Positions 10,931 to 23,682 of a stretch of 54,448 bases of DNA are shown piece by piece. The number at the start of each line of letters is the position of its first letter. Positions within the stretch are counted from its first letter, which is position 1. The notes under the pieces were generated by a model. It was not told the DNA's origin and did no database searches. It saw only the letters and a program-made list of their open reading frames with translations. Both the position numbers and the translations under genes were made by a program. The DNA is from Kiritimatiellia bacterium (GTDB lineage: Bacteria > Verrucomicrobiota > Kiritimatiellia > RFP12 > UBA1067). Location of the stretch: assembly GCA_017454745.1 (NCBI GenBank), contig JAFTCL010000019.1, forward strand, positions 1-54,448, in the 5' to 3' direction.

Positions 10931-12265
10931 GTGAAAAGAAGGGATTTTCTCAAGCATTCGTTATGGATGGGCGGCGCGGCAATGTTGGGGGGATGTGCCA
11001 CCGGAGGTTTTGATTTTCGGACCCGCGAGGCTTTGGACATGACTGATTTCCGCGCGCCGTCCATGGACACGGTGCGCATCGGTTTGATCGGGGTGGGGCA
11101 CCGCGGTTCGGGCGCGTTGGCGAGGTTGTGCAAGATAGAAAGCGCCCGTATTGTCGCGGTGTCCGACCTTTATGCCGACCGGGCAGAAAAAGGAGCCAAG
11201 ATAATTACGGACGCCGGATGCGCGGCGCCAAAACTTTTCTTCGGTTCCGAGGACAGCTGGCGCGGGCTGTGCGAGAGCGGCGAGGTCGATTTGGTGTACA
11301 TCACCACCCCTTGGCTGTGCCATACGCCGATGGCGGTGTACGCGATGCGTTGCGGTAAACACGCCGTGACCGAGGTGCCGTCCGCGATGACGGTTGAACA
11401 GTGTTGGCAGCTGGTTGACACGGCGGAAGAAACGCGCCGCCATTTCATGATGTTGGAAAACTGCTGTTACGGCGAGAACGAGTTGTTCGCCTACAACCTT
11501 TGCCATCAGGGGGTGCTGGGCGAGCTAGTGCATGGCGAGGCGGCGTATATCCACGACCTTAGGCAAAGCAAGCTGAATCCTGAATCCACCGGCGGCTACC
11601 AAGGCCAATGGCGGCTCGCTTGGACGCAGTCGCATAACGGCAATCCGTATCCGACCCATGGTTTAGGGCCGATTTGCCGCGATATGGACATCAACCGCGG
11701 CGACCGGTTGGTGTCGCTGGTTTCGATGAGCAGCGCCGCGCTGGGGCTGTCACGTTTCGCCGCCCAGCGGTTTGGCAGCGGTTCGCGCGCGGCGAAAACC
11801 GCCTATCGTCAGGGCGATATGAATTGCTCCATAATCCGCACCTATCGTGGCAGGACAATTTTGGTGCAACACGACACCACCAGCCCGCGCCCGTACACAA
11901 GGCTGAACACGATTTCCGGCACCAAGGGTATCTTGCAGGACTATCCGTTGCGTGTGGCGCTGGAGCCGAACGCGCACAGTTGGCTGCCAGATAACGAGTT
12001 GGCGGAGCTGAAGCAGCGTTACGGGCATGAGTTGTGGCGGGAGATGGGCAACATCGCCAAGAAAAACGGCGGCCACGGCGGCATGGATTTCCTGATGGAT
12101 TACCGGCTGATAAAATGTTTGCGCGAGGGGCTGCCGCTTGATATGAGCGTATATGACGCGGCAACGTGGTGTTCGTTGGTGGAGCTTACCGAGACTTCGG
12201 TGGCTAAAGACGGTGCGTCGGTCGAAATTCCCGACTTCACCCGCAGTGGTTGGAAAAGGGATTAA
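10931..12265 (+). CDS. Tat-exported Gfo/Idh/MocA-family NAD-dependent oxidoreductase, glycoside hydrolase family 109-like
   Basis: GTG start; twin-arginine signal MKRRDFLKHSLWMGGAAMLGG; Rossmann GLIGVGHRGSG; ~440 aa as in GH109 alpha-N-acetylgalactosaminidase-like enzymes. Confidence 0.65.
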   Translation: MKRRDFLKHSLWMGGAAMLGGCATGGFDFRTREALDMTDFRAPSMDTVRIGLIGVGHRGSGALARLCKIESARIVAVSDLYADRAEKGAKIITDAGCAAPKLFFGSEDSWRGLCESGEVDLVYITTPWLCHTPMAVYAMRCGKHAVTEVPSAMTVEQCWQLVDTAEETRRHFMMLENCCYGENELFAYNLCHQGVLGELVHGEAAYIHDLRQSKLNPESTGGYQGQWRLAWTQSHNGNPYPTHGLGPICRDMDINRGDRLVSLVSMSSAALGLSRFAAQRFGSGSRAAKTAYRQGDMNCSIIRTYRGRTILVQHDTTSPRPYTRLNTISGTKGILQDYPLRVALEPNAHSWLPDNELAELKQRYGHELWREMGNIAKKNGGHGGMDFLMDYRLIKCLREGLPLDMSVYDAATWCSLVELTETSVAKDGASVEIPDFTRSGWKRD

Positions 12266-12282
12266 CCGGGGGACATTAAGGT

Positions 12283-13653
12283 ATGCGCGGATTTTTCTCT
12301 AGAATCGCCGGCATTGCCACCCTGTCGTTACGTTCGTCGCTTCGGACGCGAACGGTGGCGGCTTTACTGGTTTTGCTGTTGGCTACGGTGCTGTTTCTGC
12401 CACGGTTGATTCACGGCGACGGCACCGCGTCCGGCGAATTGAAAATTCTGCTTTCCTACACCCTCGGTTTCGCCTTCGGGATTCTGGCGTTGTCGTCGCT
12501 TTGGTCGGCGTGTTCGCTTTTTGCCGCGGAAATCGACACCTCCCGCATTCAGCTCACCATTGTCAAGCCGGTGCGCAAGTGGGAGTTATGGCTGGGGCGG
12601 TGGATCGCTTTGCTTTTGTTGAACGCCTTGGCGCTGGCTGCGGTTGACGGCGGGATTTACGCGCAAGTGCGCTGGCGGTTTTCCGGTAACGACGCATTGG
12701 AATATCCTACCAGCCAATACGTGGTCAGACCGGTTCTGCCGACGGTCGCGGAGTCTGCGTTGCAGGCGTACAACATGCTGGCTGCGGAATCTGCGTTGCC
12801 GACCAACCTTACCAAACGCGCCATTCTCAGGGCACTGGAGCAGAAGGAGAGCGAACGCTACGATGTGATTAATCCCGGCGATGCGGTGGGATGGGATTTT
12901 ACGCTTGACCACCCGATCCGTTTCGGCGATTTGTTGACGGTGCGGCTAAAATTCGATACCGAGTTCAGCACCCGTGAGCACATTCAGGGCGAGTGTGTTT
13001 TGAGTAGCCAGGATTGCCCCGGTTTGGCGGTGCAGGTGGAGTTGGACGATTTCACCCAGAACGAGATTCTTTTTTCAGTGGACACCGGGGAGTTGCCTAA
13101 GTTGGAAAGCGGACGGGGTGTCGATGCCACCGCGTTGCCGGAATGGTTGTCCCGTTTCCGTTTGGATTTCCGGAACAAAATGAACGCCAAACGCGGCGGG
13201 GTGATTATGACCCGTTTCCGCAGGGATGTCGCGTTGCTGACCCCAGGCGGAACTTTCGGCGGCAATCTTTTCCGTTCGGCGTTGGTCCACCTGTGCGTGT
13301 TGGGGGTATTGTCGGCTTTCGGTTTAACCTTGAGCGCTTGCCTATCGTTGCCGGTGGCGGCGTTTACTGCAACCGTGCTGCTTTCGCTCTGCATGGTCGG
13401 CAACGCCGTGGTTAAGGTGGTTTCGCAGGAAGACGAGGAGGACTGGCGCAACATGCCCGGAATTTGGATTTCCCGCGCAGTTAATCGCACCACAACCAAT
13501 GTGTTGCCGCAATCGCCGTTGTCCATGCTGACCGCAAACGAAAGGGTCGGCTTGGATTATTTGGCGGCGGTTGCCGGCTGGGATTTGTTGGTTCTTCCCG
13601 GCTTCCTGATGATTTTCGGATGCTATGTCCTGTCACGCCGTGAGATCGGGTAA
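12283..13653 (+). CDS. Polytopic membrane protein, possibly an ABC-2-type permease-like protein
   Basis: 456 aa with multiple hydrophobic helices at both ends and a central soluble loop. No diagnostic motif recognised. Confidence 0.35.
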   Translation: MRGFFSRIAGIATLSLRSSLRTRTVAALLVLLLATVLFLPRLIHGDGTASGELKILLSYTLGFAFGILALSSLWSACSLFAAEIDTSRIQLTIVKPVRKWELWLGRWIALLLLNALALAAVDGGIYAQVRWRFSGNDALEYPTSQYVVRPVLPTVAESALQAYNMLAAESALPTNLTKRAILRALEQKESERYDVINPGDAVGWDFTLDHPIRFGDLLTVRLKFDTEFSTREHIQGECVLSSQDCPGLAVQVELDDFTQNEILFSVDTGELPKLESGRGVDATALPEWLSRFRLDFRNKMNAKRGGVIMTRFRRDVALLTPGGTFGGNLFRSALVHLCVLGVLSAFGLTLSACLSLPVAAFTATVLLSLCMVGNAVVKVVSQEDEEDWRNMPGIWISRAVNRTTTNVLPQSPLSMLTANERVGLDYLAAVAGWDLLVLPGFLMIFGCYVLSRREIG

Positions 13654-14565
13654 CTCGGCCAGATAGCGTTCCGACTCCAACGCCGCCATGCAACCGGAAC
13701 CGGCGGCGGTGATCGCCTGTTTGTAACGGCGGTCCTGAACGTCGCCGGCGGCAAATACGCCGGGAACCGAACAGCGGGTGTTGTCGGTCACCACGTAACC
13801 ATCGGCATCCAGTTCCACCTGTCCCCGGAACACCCCGGTGTTCGGCTGGTGCCCGATGGCGATGAACACGCCATCCATCTCCAGCTGGGAGGTTTCGCCG
13901 GATTTGAGGTTCTTGATCTTCAGCCCGGAAACTTTTCGCTGTTCCACGCCCAGAATCTCTTCCACCGCAGAATTCCAGACAACCGTGATGTTGGGAGTGT
14001 TCAGTACCCGTTCCGCCATGATTTTCGAGGCACGGAAAGCGTCTCGCCGGTGGATTACGGTTACCGATTCCGCCAGCCGCGCCAGATACAAAGCGTCGGC
14101 CATCGCGGTATCGCCGCCGCCGACCACCGCCACGCGTTTGCCTTTAAAAAACGCGCCGTCACAGGTAGCGCAGGCGGACACGCCCCGTCCGCGCAGTTTG
14201 CGTTCCGACTCCAAACCCAGATAACGCGCGCTGGCTCCGGTGGCGATGATTACCGCACGGACGGGTAGCGTTCCGGCAACCGCCAATTTCAGCGATTTTT
14301 CCGCTGCGCTAAATTGGCAGCCGGTAACCTCATCCATCATGAACCGCACTCCCAGCCGTTCAGCCTGCCGACGCATCGCATCGGTAAGCGCCATACCGCC
14401 AATCGGCTGTTCGAAACCGGGGAAGTTTTCGACCTCGGCGGTTTGGGTGAGTTGTCCGCCGGGTTGGATACCTTCCACCACTACCGGGTCGAGGTTCGCC
14501 CGTGCCGCGTAAATCGCGGCGGTAAGCCCTGCCGGACCGCTTCCGATAATCGCTAAATTTTCCAT
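13633..14565 (-). CDS. trxB: Thioredoxin-disulfide reductase
   Basis: FAD GSGPAGLTAA, redox-active CATC motif, NADPH GGGDTAMADALYL, 310 aa. Confidence 0.85.
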   Translation of the reverse strand: MENLAIIGSGPAGLTAAIYAARANLDPVVVEGIQPGGQLTQTAEVENFPGFEQPIGGMALTDAMRRQAERLGVRFMMDEVTGCQFSAAEKSLKLAVAGTLPVRAVIIATGASARYLGLESERKLRGRGVSACATCDGAFFKGKRVAVVGGGDTAMADALYLARLAESVTVIHRRDAFRASKIMAERVLNTPNITVVWNSAVEEILGVEQRKVSGLKIKNLKSGETSQLEMDGVFIAIGHQPNTGVFRGQVELDADGYVVTDNTRCSVPGVFAAGDVQDRRYKQAITAAGSGCMAALESERYLAELPDLTA

Positions 14566-14571
14566 AACAGG

Positions 14572-14988
14572 TCAGGGATCAAGGTTGGTAAGCTCTAGCG
14601 AATCCATGTCGATTCGCCGGTAATAGCAGTTGCGCGGCAGCCCCTGTTGGTTTTTAGTGTGGCAGATGCCGCCACGGCAGGGCCGCACGATATAAAGCAG
14701 AGAATTCTGCTCACAGTTTACTCTGGCTTCCAGCAGGTCGAAAGTCTCGCCGCTGGTTCCGCCCTTGAACCACAGCACGTTGCGGGAGGTGCTCCACAGA
14801 ATCAGTTTGCGTTTCTCGAATGACTGCCGCATCGCGTACTCGTTGGTGTACGCTACGAGAATCACTTCTTTGGTGTCGGCGTTTTGAACCGCCACCGGTA
14901 TGGCGTCTTTGCAGGTCTCGGCGATCTTTGCGATCTTCGCGAAATCCAGAGTCAGCCGGTTGCCTTCTTCAAGTTCTTTGCTCATCAT
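14572..14988 (-). CDS. hisI: Phosphoribosyl-AMP cyclohydrolase
   Basis: LWFKGGTSGETFDL...VRPCRGGICHTKNQ matches the HisI conserved core, including the metal-binding Cys. Confidence 0.75.
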   Translation of the reverse strand: MMSKELEEGNRLTLDFAKIAKIAETCKDAIPVAVQNADTKEVILVAYTNEYAMRQSFEKRKLILWSTSRNVLWFKGGTSGETFDLLEARVNCEQNSLLYIVRPCRGGICHTKNQQGLPRNCYYRRIDMDSLELTNLDP

Positions 14989-15201
14989 ATTCCTCGCTGG
15001 AAAACTTCCGCTTCAAAAAACGTTGGGGATTGTACTATAATCCCGTATCCGTTTAAAGCCAATAATTAGCTGTAAGGGAAAATTGTGCAGGCGGCTTTTT
15101 TACCTGACATTTTTTATTCCGGCACCATATCATTTTTTCCTTTTCTTTTTTTGCGAGAAAAACTATAATAAGCCTTATTCAACCACACAAAAGGAGTTTT
15201 T

Positions 15202-16287
15202 ATGAGTATCAGGATTGGAATCATTGGTGCCGGCGGAATGGCCAACTATCACATTCCCGGTGTCCGGCAGGGAGGTGCGAAGGTGGTGGCGATTGCCGAC
15301 ATCGCGGTCGCCAACGCGCAGAAAGTCGCGGACAAGTTCGGTATCGCGAAGGTTTATTCCGACGCGGCGGAGATGATTGCCAAAGAGCAGCTTGACGCGG
15401 TGTGCGTGATTACCCCTAACAAGTTCCACAAGCAATACACTATGATGGCGTTGGCGGCGGGACTGCACGTGTTCTGCGAGAAACCCCCGGCGTTGAACGC
15501 TAAAGAAATCACTGCGATGGCCAAGGCGGCGGAAAAGGCCGGTAAGATTCTGATGTTCGACTTCAACAACCGCGCGCGTCCGGAGTCGTATAAGATGATG
15601 GACGCGATTAACGGCGGTAAGGTCGGCAAGATCAACTCCGCGCAGGCGATGTGGATTCGCCGCACCGGCATTCCCGGGTTTGGCGGCTGGTTTACGACCA
15701 AAGCGCTTTCCGGCGGCGGACCCGTGATCGACCTGTTGCACATGATTGACCTGGCTCTCTATTTCATGGGTTATCCGGAGCCGAATTATGTGTTGGCGAA
15801 CACCTACAGCGATTTTATCACCGACAAGCGCTTTAAAGGCCCGTGGGGGATTCCCGACAAGAAGGACGGGATTTGCGATGTCGAGGCGGCCGCGCACGGT
15901 TTCATCACCTTCAAGAACGGGTCGGTGCTGTTCATCCGCAACTCTTGGGCCGAGCTTAACCAGCGCGAGGAGGTGTCGGTCACCTTCCAGGGCACCAAAG
16001 CCGGCGGTTGCGTGAAACGTTTGTTCGGGACCGATGGTCTGGATGAAACCGCCATCGACACTTGCGAGCTTTACAGCCAGGACAAGCAAGGCAAGAATGT
16101 CGATAAGACCATCAAGGTCAAGCCAGACGAGGCGATGGGGCGTTTTCGCGCCGCAAAGAACTTTGCCCTCACCATTGCGGGCAAGGAAGCGCCGTTGAAC
16201 ACGCCGGATCAAGCGGTAAAACTGATGAAGATCATCGACGCGATTTATGCTTCGGCCAAGACTGGCAAACCGGTTCAGATAAAGTAA
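15202..16287 (+). CDS. Gfo/Idh/MocA-family oxidoreductase
   Basis: N-terminal Rossmann IRIGIIGAGGMANYH, the EKP motif (CEKPPAL), and a C-terminal alpha/beta domain. Confidence 0.75.
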   Translation: MSIRIGIIGAGGMANYHIPGVRQGGAKVVAIADIAVANAQKVADKFGIAKVYSDAAEMIAKEQLDAVCVITPNKFHKQYTMMALAAGLHVFCEKPPALNAKEITAMAKAAEKAGKILMFDFNNRARPESYKMMDAINGGKVGKINSAQAMWIRRTGIPGFGGWFTTKALSGGGPVIDLLHMIDLALYFMGYPEPNYVLANTYSDFITDKRFKGPWGIPDKKDGICDVEAAAHGFITFKNGSVLFIRNSWAELNQREEVSVTFQGTKAGGCVKRLFGTDGLDETAIDTCELYSQDKQGKNVDKTIKVKPDEAMGRFRAAKNFALTIAGKEAPLNTPDQAVKLMKIIDAIYASAKTGKPVQIK

Positions 16288-16352
16288 TGAAGCCTTCTGC
16301 CGGTTCCGCCAACGGGCGGAACCGGTAGGTTCCATAAGGCGTATGGAGATTC

Positions 16353-17423
16353 ATGATGATTCAAACTAATCGTCCGCCTGTGCGGGTTGGCATTGTCGGC
16401 CTGGGTCGAGCCGGGCTGGAGATGCATGTCCCGGAACTGTTGCAGTATCCCGAATTGTTCAAGATAGTCGCGGTTTGCGATACCATTAAGGAACGCCGCG
16501 ACGCGGTACTGCAATATTACCCCTCCTGCCGCACATACCGCCGTTACGAGGATTTGCTGCTAGACCCGGATGTGGAGCTGGTGGATGTGGCTACGCGATC
16601 GGAAGACCACCGCGAACATATTCTGGCGGGGTTGAAGTCGGGTAAGTGGGTGAACGCGGAACGCCCGTTCTGTAGAGACGAAGATGAGGCCAAAATATTG
16701 CGCGCTGCCGCAGTACGCTATGGCAACAAACTGTTGCTTCGCTACAATTACCGTTATGAGCCGGCTTTTTTGATGACCAAAGAGGTAGCCGAGTCCGGAT
16801 TGCTGGGGGAAGTTTACGAGATCAGGATGTGCCGCGGCACTTATGTCCGCCGGGATGACTGGCAGACTGTAAAACGTTGCTTGGGCGGTGCCTTGCTGTG
16901 TTGGGGTCCGGCGTTTCTCGATCAGGCGCTGGAGCTGCTGAAAACCCCTCCGGTCAAGATTTACTCCGATATGAAACGCATTGCCGCTTATGGCGACGCC
17001 GAGGATTACGTGCGCATTATTCTGCACAATTTCTCCGGCCTTACGGTTGATTTGGAGATTTCCGGCGGCCGCTGCGGGCGTGACCCGCTGTTTCAGGTCT
17101 CCGGAGACCGGGGCGAATTCAGGATTTATCCCGGCGACGATTTCGGCACCGCGCGCTATCTTGATCCCGAGAATAAACTCGAACGGCGCCGTTCCAGTGT
17201 CCGTACGCCGCCGTTGGGTAGCTTCGGTTCCCCCGAGACTCTGGTCTGGGTGGAGCAGCGGATGCCAATCAAACCCAAGGCCGAGTGCGGCATGACCCTG
17301 ATTTGGGAACACGTGTTCAACGCCATCCGGGAGAACAAGCCTTACCCGATTACTCTTGAAAGCGCCAGCGAGTTGATGCGGGTGCTTTCACTGGTCAAGA
17401 AGGAGAGCGGGTATGCCCGATGA
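16353..17423 (+). CDS. Gfo/Idh/MocA-family oxidoreductase, more divergent
   Basis: VRVGIVGLGRAGLEMHVPEL Rossmann start; size matches the family. Confidence 0.6.
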   Translation: MMIQTNRPPVRVGIVGLGRAGLEMHVPELLQYPELFKIVAVCDTIKERRDAVLQYYPSCRTYRRYEDLLLDPDVELVDVATRSEDHREHILAGLKSGKWVNAERPFCRDEDEAKILRAAAVRYGNKLLLRYNYRYEPAFLMTKEVAESGLLGEVYEIRMCRGTYVRRDDWQTVKRCLGGALLCWGPAFLDQALELLKTPPVKIYSDMKRIAAYGDAEDYVRIILHNFSGLTVDLEISGGRCGRDPLFQVSGDRGEFRIYPGDDFGTARYLDPENKLERRRSSVRTPPLGSFGSPETLVWVEQRMPIKPKAECGMTLIWEHVFNAIRENKPYPITLESASELMRVLSLVKKESGYAR

Positions 17424-18159
17424 CAAAATGTGGTCTGACCAAAAGTCAGTCCGCATCTTGGTCTCCGCGTTCATCGCCTTTGCGTCGGTGGCACTGGTCG
17501 CCGGTGCCAGCCGAATGTCCCACTCCGGCTGGCAGATGGCGATTGCGGGTGATGTAATGCGGTGGCGCGAGGCGATGTCGATGTTGCTGTTCGCGCCGTT
17601 GCTCGCGGTTTGCTTCTGGCTGATTGTCAAAGCGGTCGGCCGCGGCCGGGTTAATCCGGCCTGCGCAGCGCTGATGGCGTTGTCTATCTATCTGGTCGGT
17701 TGCGGCATGGGAATGCACGATCCGACGAATCTGGTTCAGGCCGTTTACCGGGAGCCGCAGCTTACCGGCGCGTTGCGGCGGACGATGGTGTTTTTCGATG
17801 ACCAGTTGGGGCATTGGGTGTTCTGGTCCGGTTTTGTGCTGGGATCTTGGACTATCGGTCTGCAACAGGTTTTGGCACCGCTGGACAATAAAGTCCCCTG
17901 GCGTTTTGCGGCGGCGCTGCTGGCGGTGTGCGCGGCCCTGCTGTGGGTGATGCTGACCAACCTGTGGGACGAATACCCGAAGACGGTGGAAGATCTGTGG
18001 GTGATCGGGGCGGCGGCGGCTTTGCCGACGGTCGCGTTGGTTTTCCGCGCTAAGGCGGGACTTCGCCGGATGCCGGTGCTGATGGTGGTTTTGCCGGCCT
18101 ATTGGGGCAGCATTATCGGCACGCTGATTTGCTGGCTTTGCCGCGGTTATTTTAAGTGA
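17413..18159 (+). CDS. Hypothetical polytopic membrane protein
   Basis: 248 aa with ~6 hydrophobic helices. No recognisable motifs. Start overlaps the previous gene by 11 nt. Confidence 0.35.
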   Translation: MPDDKMWSDQKSVRILVSAFIAFASVALVAGASRMSHSGWQMAIAGDVMRWREAMSMLLFAPLLAVCFWLIVKAVGRGRVNPACAALMALSIYLVGCGMGMHDPTNLVQAVYREPQLTGALRRTMVFFDDQLGHWVFWSGFVLGSWTIGLQQVLAPLDNKVPWRFAAALLAVCAALLWVMLTNLWDEYPKTVEDLWVIGAAAALPTVALVFRAKAGLRRMPVLMVVLPAYWGSIIGTLICWLCRGYFK

Positions 18160-18214
18160 TTCGCCCATTTCGACAGTTTTTTTGCAAAAAGCTTGATTTT
18201 TTTGCATTTAGCAC

Positions 18215-18243
18215 TTGAACGCCCGCGGTTGATGTGATAAAAT
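18215..18243 (+). promoter_or_regulatory. Putative sigma70-type promoter for rpsL-rpsG
   Basis: TTGAAC (18215-18220), 17-bp spacer, TAAAAT (18238-18243) with TGTG immediately upstream. ~40 nt upstream of the rpsL RBS. Confidence 0.35.
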
Positions 18244-18282
18244 CAAGTTTCGTTTTGTTTGAGTTAGAAGGATAAGCATTAT

Positions 18283-18663
18283 ATGCCGACAATTAACCAG
18301 TTAGTTCGCAAAGGGCGTACCCCGGTTGCGAAGAAGAGCAAGTCGCCAGCGTTGAAGGCGTGCCCTCAGCGCCGTGGCGTGTGTCTGGTTGTCAAGACCC
18401 AGACCCCCAAAAAGCCGAACTCGGCTTTGCGTAAAGTTGCCCGTGTCCGTTTGACCACGGGTTATGAAGTTACGGCCTACATCCCCGGCGAGGGGCACAA
18501 CCTCCAGGAGCACAGCGTGGTTCTGGTGCGTGGCGGCCGTGTGAAGGATCTTCCTGGTGTGCGTTACCATATTGTCCGCGGTTGTCTCGACAGCCTCGGC
18601 GTGAACGGCCGCAACCGCAGCCGCTCCAAGTATGGCATGAAGCGTCAGAAGAAAGAAAAGTAA
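18283..18663 (+). CDS. rpsL: 30S ribosomal protein S12
   Basis: [12 protein letters not shown]...[40 protein letters not shown] is the canonical S12 sequence. Confidence 0.97.
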   Translation: MPTINQLVRKGRTPVAKKSKSPALKACPQRRGVCLVVKTQTPKKPNSALRKVARVRLTTGYEVTAYIPGEGHNLQEHSVVLVRGGRVKDLPGVRYHIVRGCLDSLGVNGRNRSRSKYGMKRQKKEK

Positions 18664-18675
18664 GAGGCCCCAGAT

Positions 18676-19146
18676 ATGGCAAGACGGCGTAGAGCAGTGA
18701 AACGGGTGCAGCCCGTTGACCCTAAGTACAACAGTGAGTTGGTCGCCCGCGTGGTTCGCGCGTTGATGAAGAGTGGCAAGAAGACAACGGCCGAACGCAT
18801 TGTTTATGGAGCGATTGAAGTGTTGCGCGAGAAGACCGGCAAGGACCCGATTGAGGTCATGGACAAGGCGATCGCCAACATGAAGCCGAAAGTGGAAGTC
18901 AAATCCCGCCGCGTTGGCGGTACGACTTACCCGGTCCCGGTCGAGATCCGTCCGACCCGCCAGTTGTCGTTGGCGCTCCGCTGGATGACCCAGTATGCCA
19001 GCGCCCGCCGTGGCATGCCGATGCCGAATGCGGTTGCCTTGGAGTTGATCGACGCTTTCAACGAGCAGGGCAACGTGATTAAGAAGCGCGACGATACGCA
19101 CAAGATGGCGCAGGCCAACAAGGCGTTCGCGCACTACGCGTGGTAA
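18676..19146 (+). CDS. rpsG: 30S ribosomal protein S7
   Basis: MARRRRAVKR...KKTTAERIVYGA...NMKPKVEVKSRRVGGTTYPVPVEIRP is the canonical S7 sequence. Confidence 0.97.
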   Translation: MARRRRAVKRVQPVDPKYNSELVARVVRALMKSGKKTTAERIVYGAIEVLREKTGKDPIEVMDKAIANMKPKVEVKSRRVGGTTYPVPVEIRPTRQLSLALRWMTQYASARRGMPMPNAVALELIDAFNEQGNVIKKRDDTHKMAQANKAFAHYAW

Positions 19147-19310
19147 TCGGCGGATAATTTTTCGCTTTGGCGACCCGACGGGCGTGAAACCCGCCGGGTT
19201 TGTTGGTAAACAGCGGATAGCAGTTTCGGATAACTTGCCACGGCTTTGCGGTGGCGGAAGATGGTTGGTTCGGCCTGTTGTTCGTTGTTCGTTTTAAGGG
19301 AGCCGCCGAC

Positions 19311-20444
19311 ATGGTGCAACGGGTTGATTTTGTTTCCTGTACCGACTATGCAGAGCGGTTGCCTGTGGCGGTTGACGAGCTTTTCTCGGTGTCGCCATGC
19401 CTTGCCGGGGCCCGTTTCGCGGGTCGCCGCGTTTTGGTGAAGCCGAATATGCTTACCGACCGTCTGCCCGAACAGGCGGTAACCACCCATCCGGAACTCT
19501 TGCGCCAGGTGGTGCGAAAGTTGAAGCGTTTCGGGGCGAAGGTTACGGTGGGTGACAGCCCGCAGAATGTGCTCAAGCTGCAGCAGGTGTGGGATCGGAC
19601 TGGGATTTCCGCGGTTTGTTCCAACGAACAGGTCCCGCTGGTCTCCTTTGAGCAGTCGGCTCGCGCGGTTTTTGAGTTGGCAGGTTCTGATGGCGCAGCT
19701 CACACAGTGGTGATGGCCGGCGAGGCGCTGGATGCCGAACTGGTGGTTAACCTGCCGAAAGTCAAGAGCCATTTTATCACCAGGCTTTCGGCGGCAGTTA
19801 AGAATGTTTACGGCACCGTGCCTGGTCCGGCTAAAACCGAGTTGCACAAGTTCTTTTCCAAGAACCGCGATTTTGCGCGGTTGCTTCAGGAAATTTGGCG
19901 GCGGTTGCCGCCATCGGTGAGTATCGCCGACGGCGTGGTCGGGATGTCCGGCGAAGGCCCGTCTAACGGCTATCCGCTTCCGATGGGCTTTTTGGCGGCG
20001 GCGGAGAGCCCGTTCGCGCTGGATTACGCGTTGTGCCGGGTTTTGGCGGTAGATCCTGCCAGGGTGCCGTATTTGTCCGGATGCGGCGTGGCGGCGGACG
20101 AGGTGGAGCTGATGGGCGAAGTCCCGAAGGTCGGCGGATTTGAGGTGCCGTCCGGGCTTTGCTCCATCGACCGGTTGCCGAATTGGCTGGTGCGTTGGAC
20201 GGGCAATATGGTTTGGGTGCGTCCGGCGTTTGATTATGGCCGGTGCATAGGGTGCGGACGGTGTGTGTCGGCTTGCCCGAAACAGGCGTTGAGCCTGGCG
20301 GGCGGAAAGGCTCGCCGTCCGGTGTTGAAAAAACGCGACTGCATAAGTTGCGCTTGCTGCCACGAGGCGTGTCCGCGTGGCGCGGTTGAGATGAAGCCAT
20401 CCGCTTTGACGCGGATGTTGAGGATTTTTCACGTTAACCAATAG
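19311..20444 (+). CDS. DUF362 domain protein with a C-terminal 2x[4Fe-4S] ferredoxin domain
   Basis: Two CxxCxxCxxxCP motifs (CIGCGRCVSACP, CISCACCHEACP) near the C-terminus. N-terminal region similar to DUF362 proteins (from memory). Start set at the ATG at 19311 after an aaggga RBS. Confidence 0.55.
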   Translation: MVQRVDFVSCTDYAERLPVAVDELFSVSPCLAGARFAGRRVLVKPNMLTDRLPEQAVTTHPELLRQVVRKLKRFGAKVTVGDSPQNVLKLQQVWDRTGISAVCSNEQVPLVSFEQSARAVFELAGSDGAAHTVVMAGEALDAELVVNLPKVKSHFITRLSAAVKNVYGTVPGPAKTELHKFFSKNRDFARLLQEIWRRLPPSVSIADGVVGMSGEGPSNGYPLPMGFLAAAESPFALDYALCRVLAVDPARVPYLSGCGVAADEVELMGEVPKVGGFEVPSGLCSIDRLPNWLVRWTGNMVWVRPAFDYGRCIGCGRCVSACPKQALSLAGGKARRPVLKKRDCISCACCHEACPRGAVEMKPSALTRMLRIFHVNQ

Positions 20445-20457
20445 GAGATGATGATTA

Positions 20458-23133
<2,676 letters not shown>

Positions 23134-23150
23134 AAGGAGCACGGTCAGCG

Positions 23151-23636
23151 ATGATTCGTCACGCAACCCTGAAAGACTCAATCGGTATTTTTGAATTGAT
23201 TCGCGCCCATCGGGACGACCTGATTGGCCGTCCCTTGGGCGATATCATCCAGAATATCGATCGTTTTGTGGTTTGCGAAATGGACGGCAAGCTGGTCGGT
23301 TGCGCGTCATTCCAACTGTGGCCCGAAATCGGTTTCCCCGAGCGGGCCACTGCAGAAATCCAGTCGGTGGCGGTCGCCGAAGAGTACCGCCGCCGCCACA
23401 TCGGTACCGAATTGATTAATGCGGTGATGGCGAAAATCAAGGTTTTCGAGCCCCCGCACGCGATTGTTCTGACCTTCGCCCCGGAGTTTTTCTCCACGCT
23501 GGGCTTTAAGGTTATTCCTAAAACGCAAATCATGCACAAGTTGTACATGGGGTGCATAAATTGCACCAAACATGCCAACCCGTTTACCTGCCCGGAAATC
23601 GCGATGTCGGTGAATTTGCGGCGGGATGCCGATTAA
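23151..23636 (+). CDS. GNAT-family N-acetyltransferase
   Basis: ATG at 23151 preceded by aaggag. Acetyl-CoA motif (AVAEEYRRRHIGTELINAVMAKI). ~160 aa. Confidence 0.6.
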   Translation: MIRHATLKDSIGIFELIRAHRDDLIGRPLGDIIQNIDRFVVCEMDGKLVGCASFQLWPEIGFPERATAEIQSVAVAEEYRRRHIGTELINAVMAKIKVFEPPHAIVLTFAPEFFSTLGFKVIPKTQIMHKLYMGCINCTKHANPFTCPEIAMSVNLRRDAD

Positions 23637-23682
23637 GTCGTTTAGGAAACTTCCGCTTCCCGCTCCTGATACTTTACCGCGG

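Noticed and set aside
19251-19310. Upstream 20-codon extension of the DUF362 ORF (GTG at 19251)
   Set aside because: The internal ATG at 19311 has a well-spaced aaggga RBS. The extension would also start within 105 nt of the rpsG stop with no RBS
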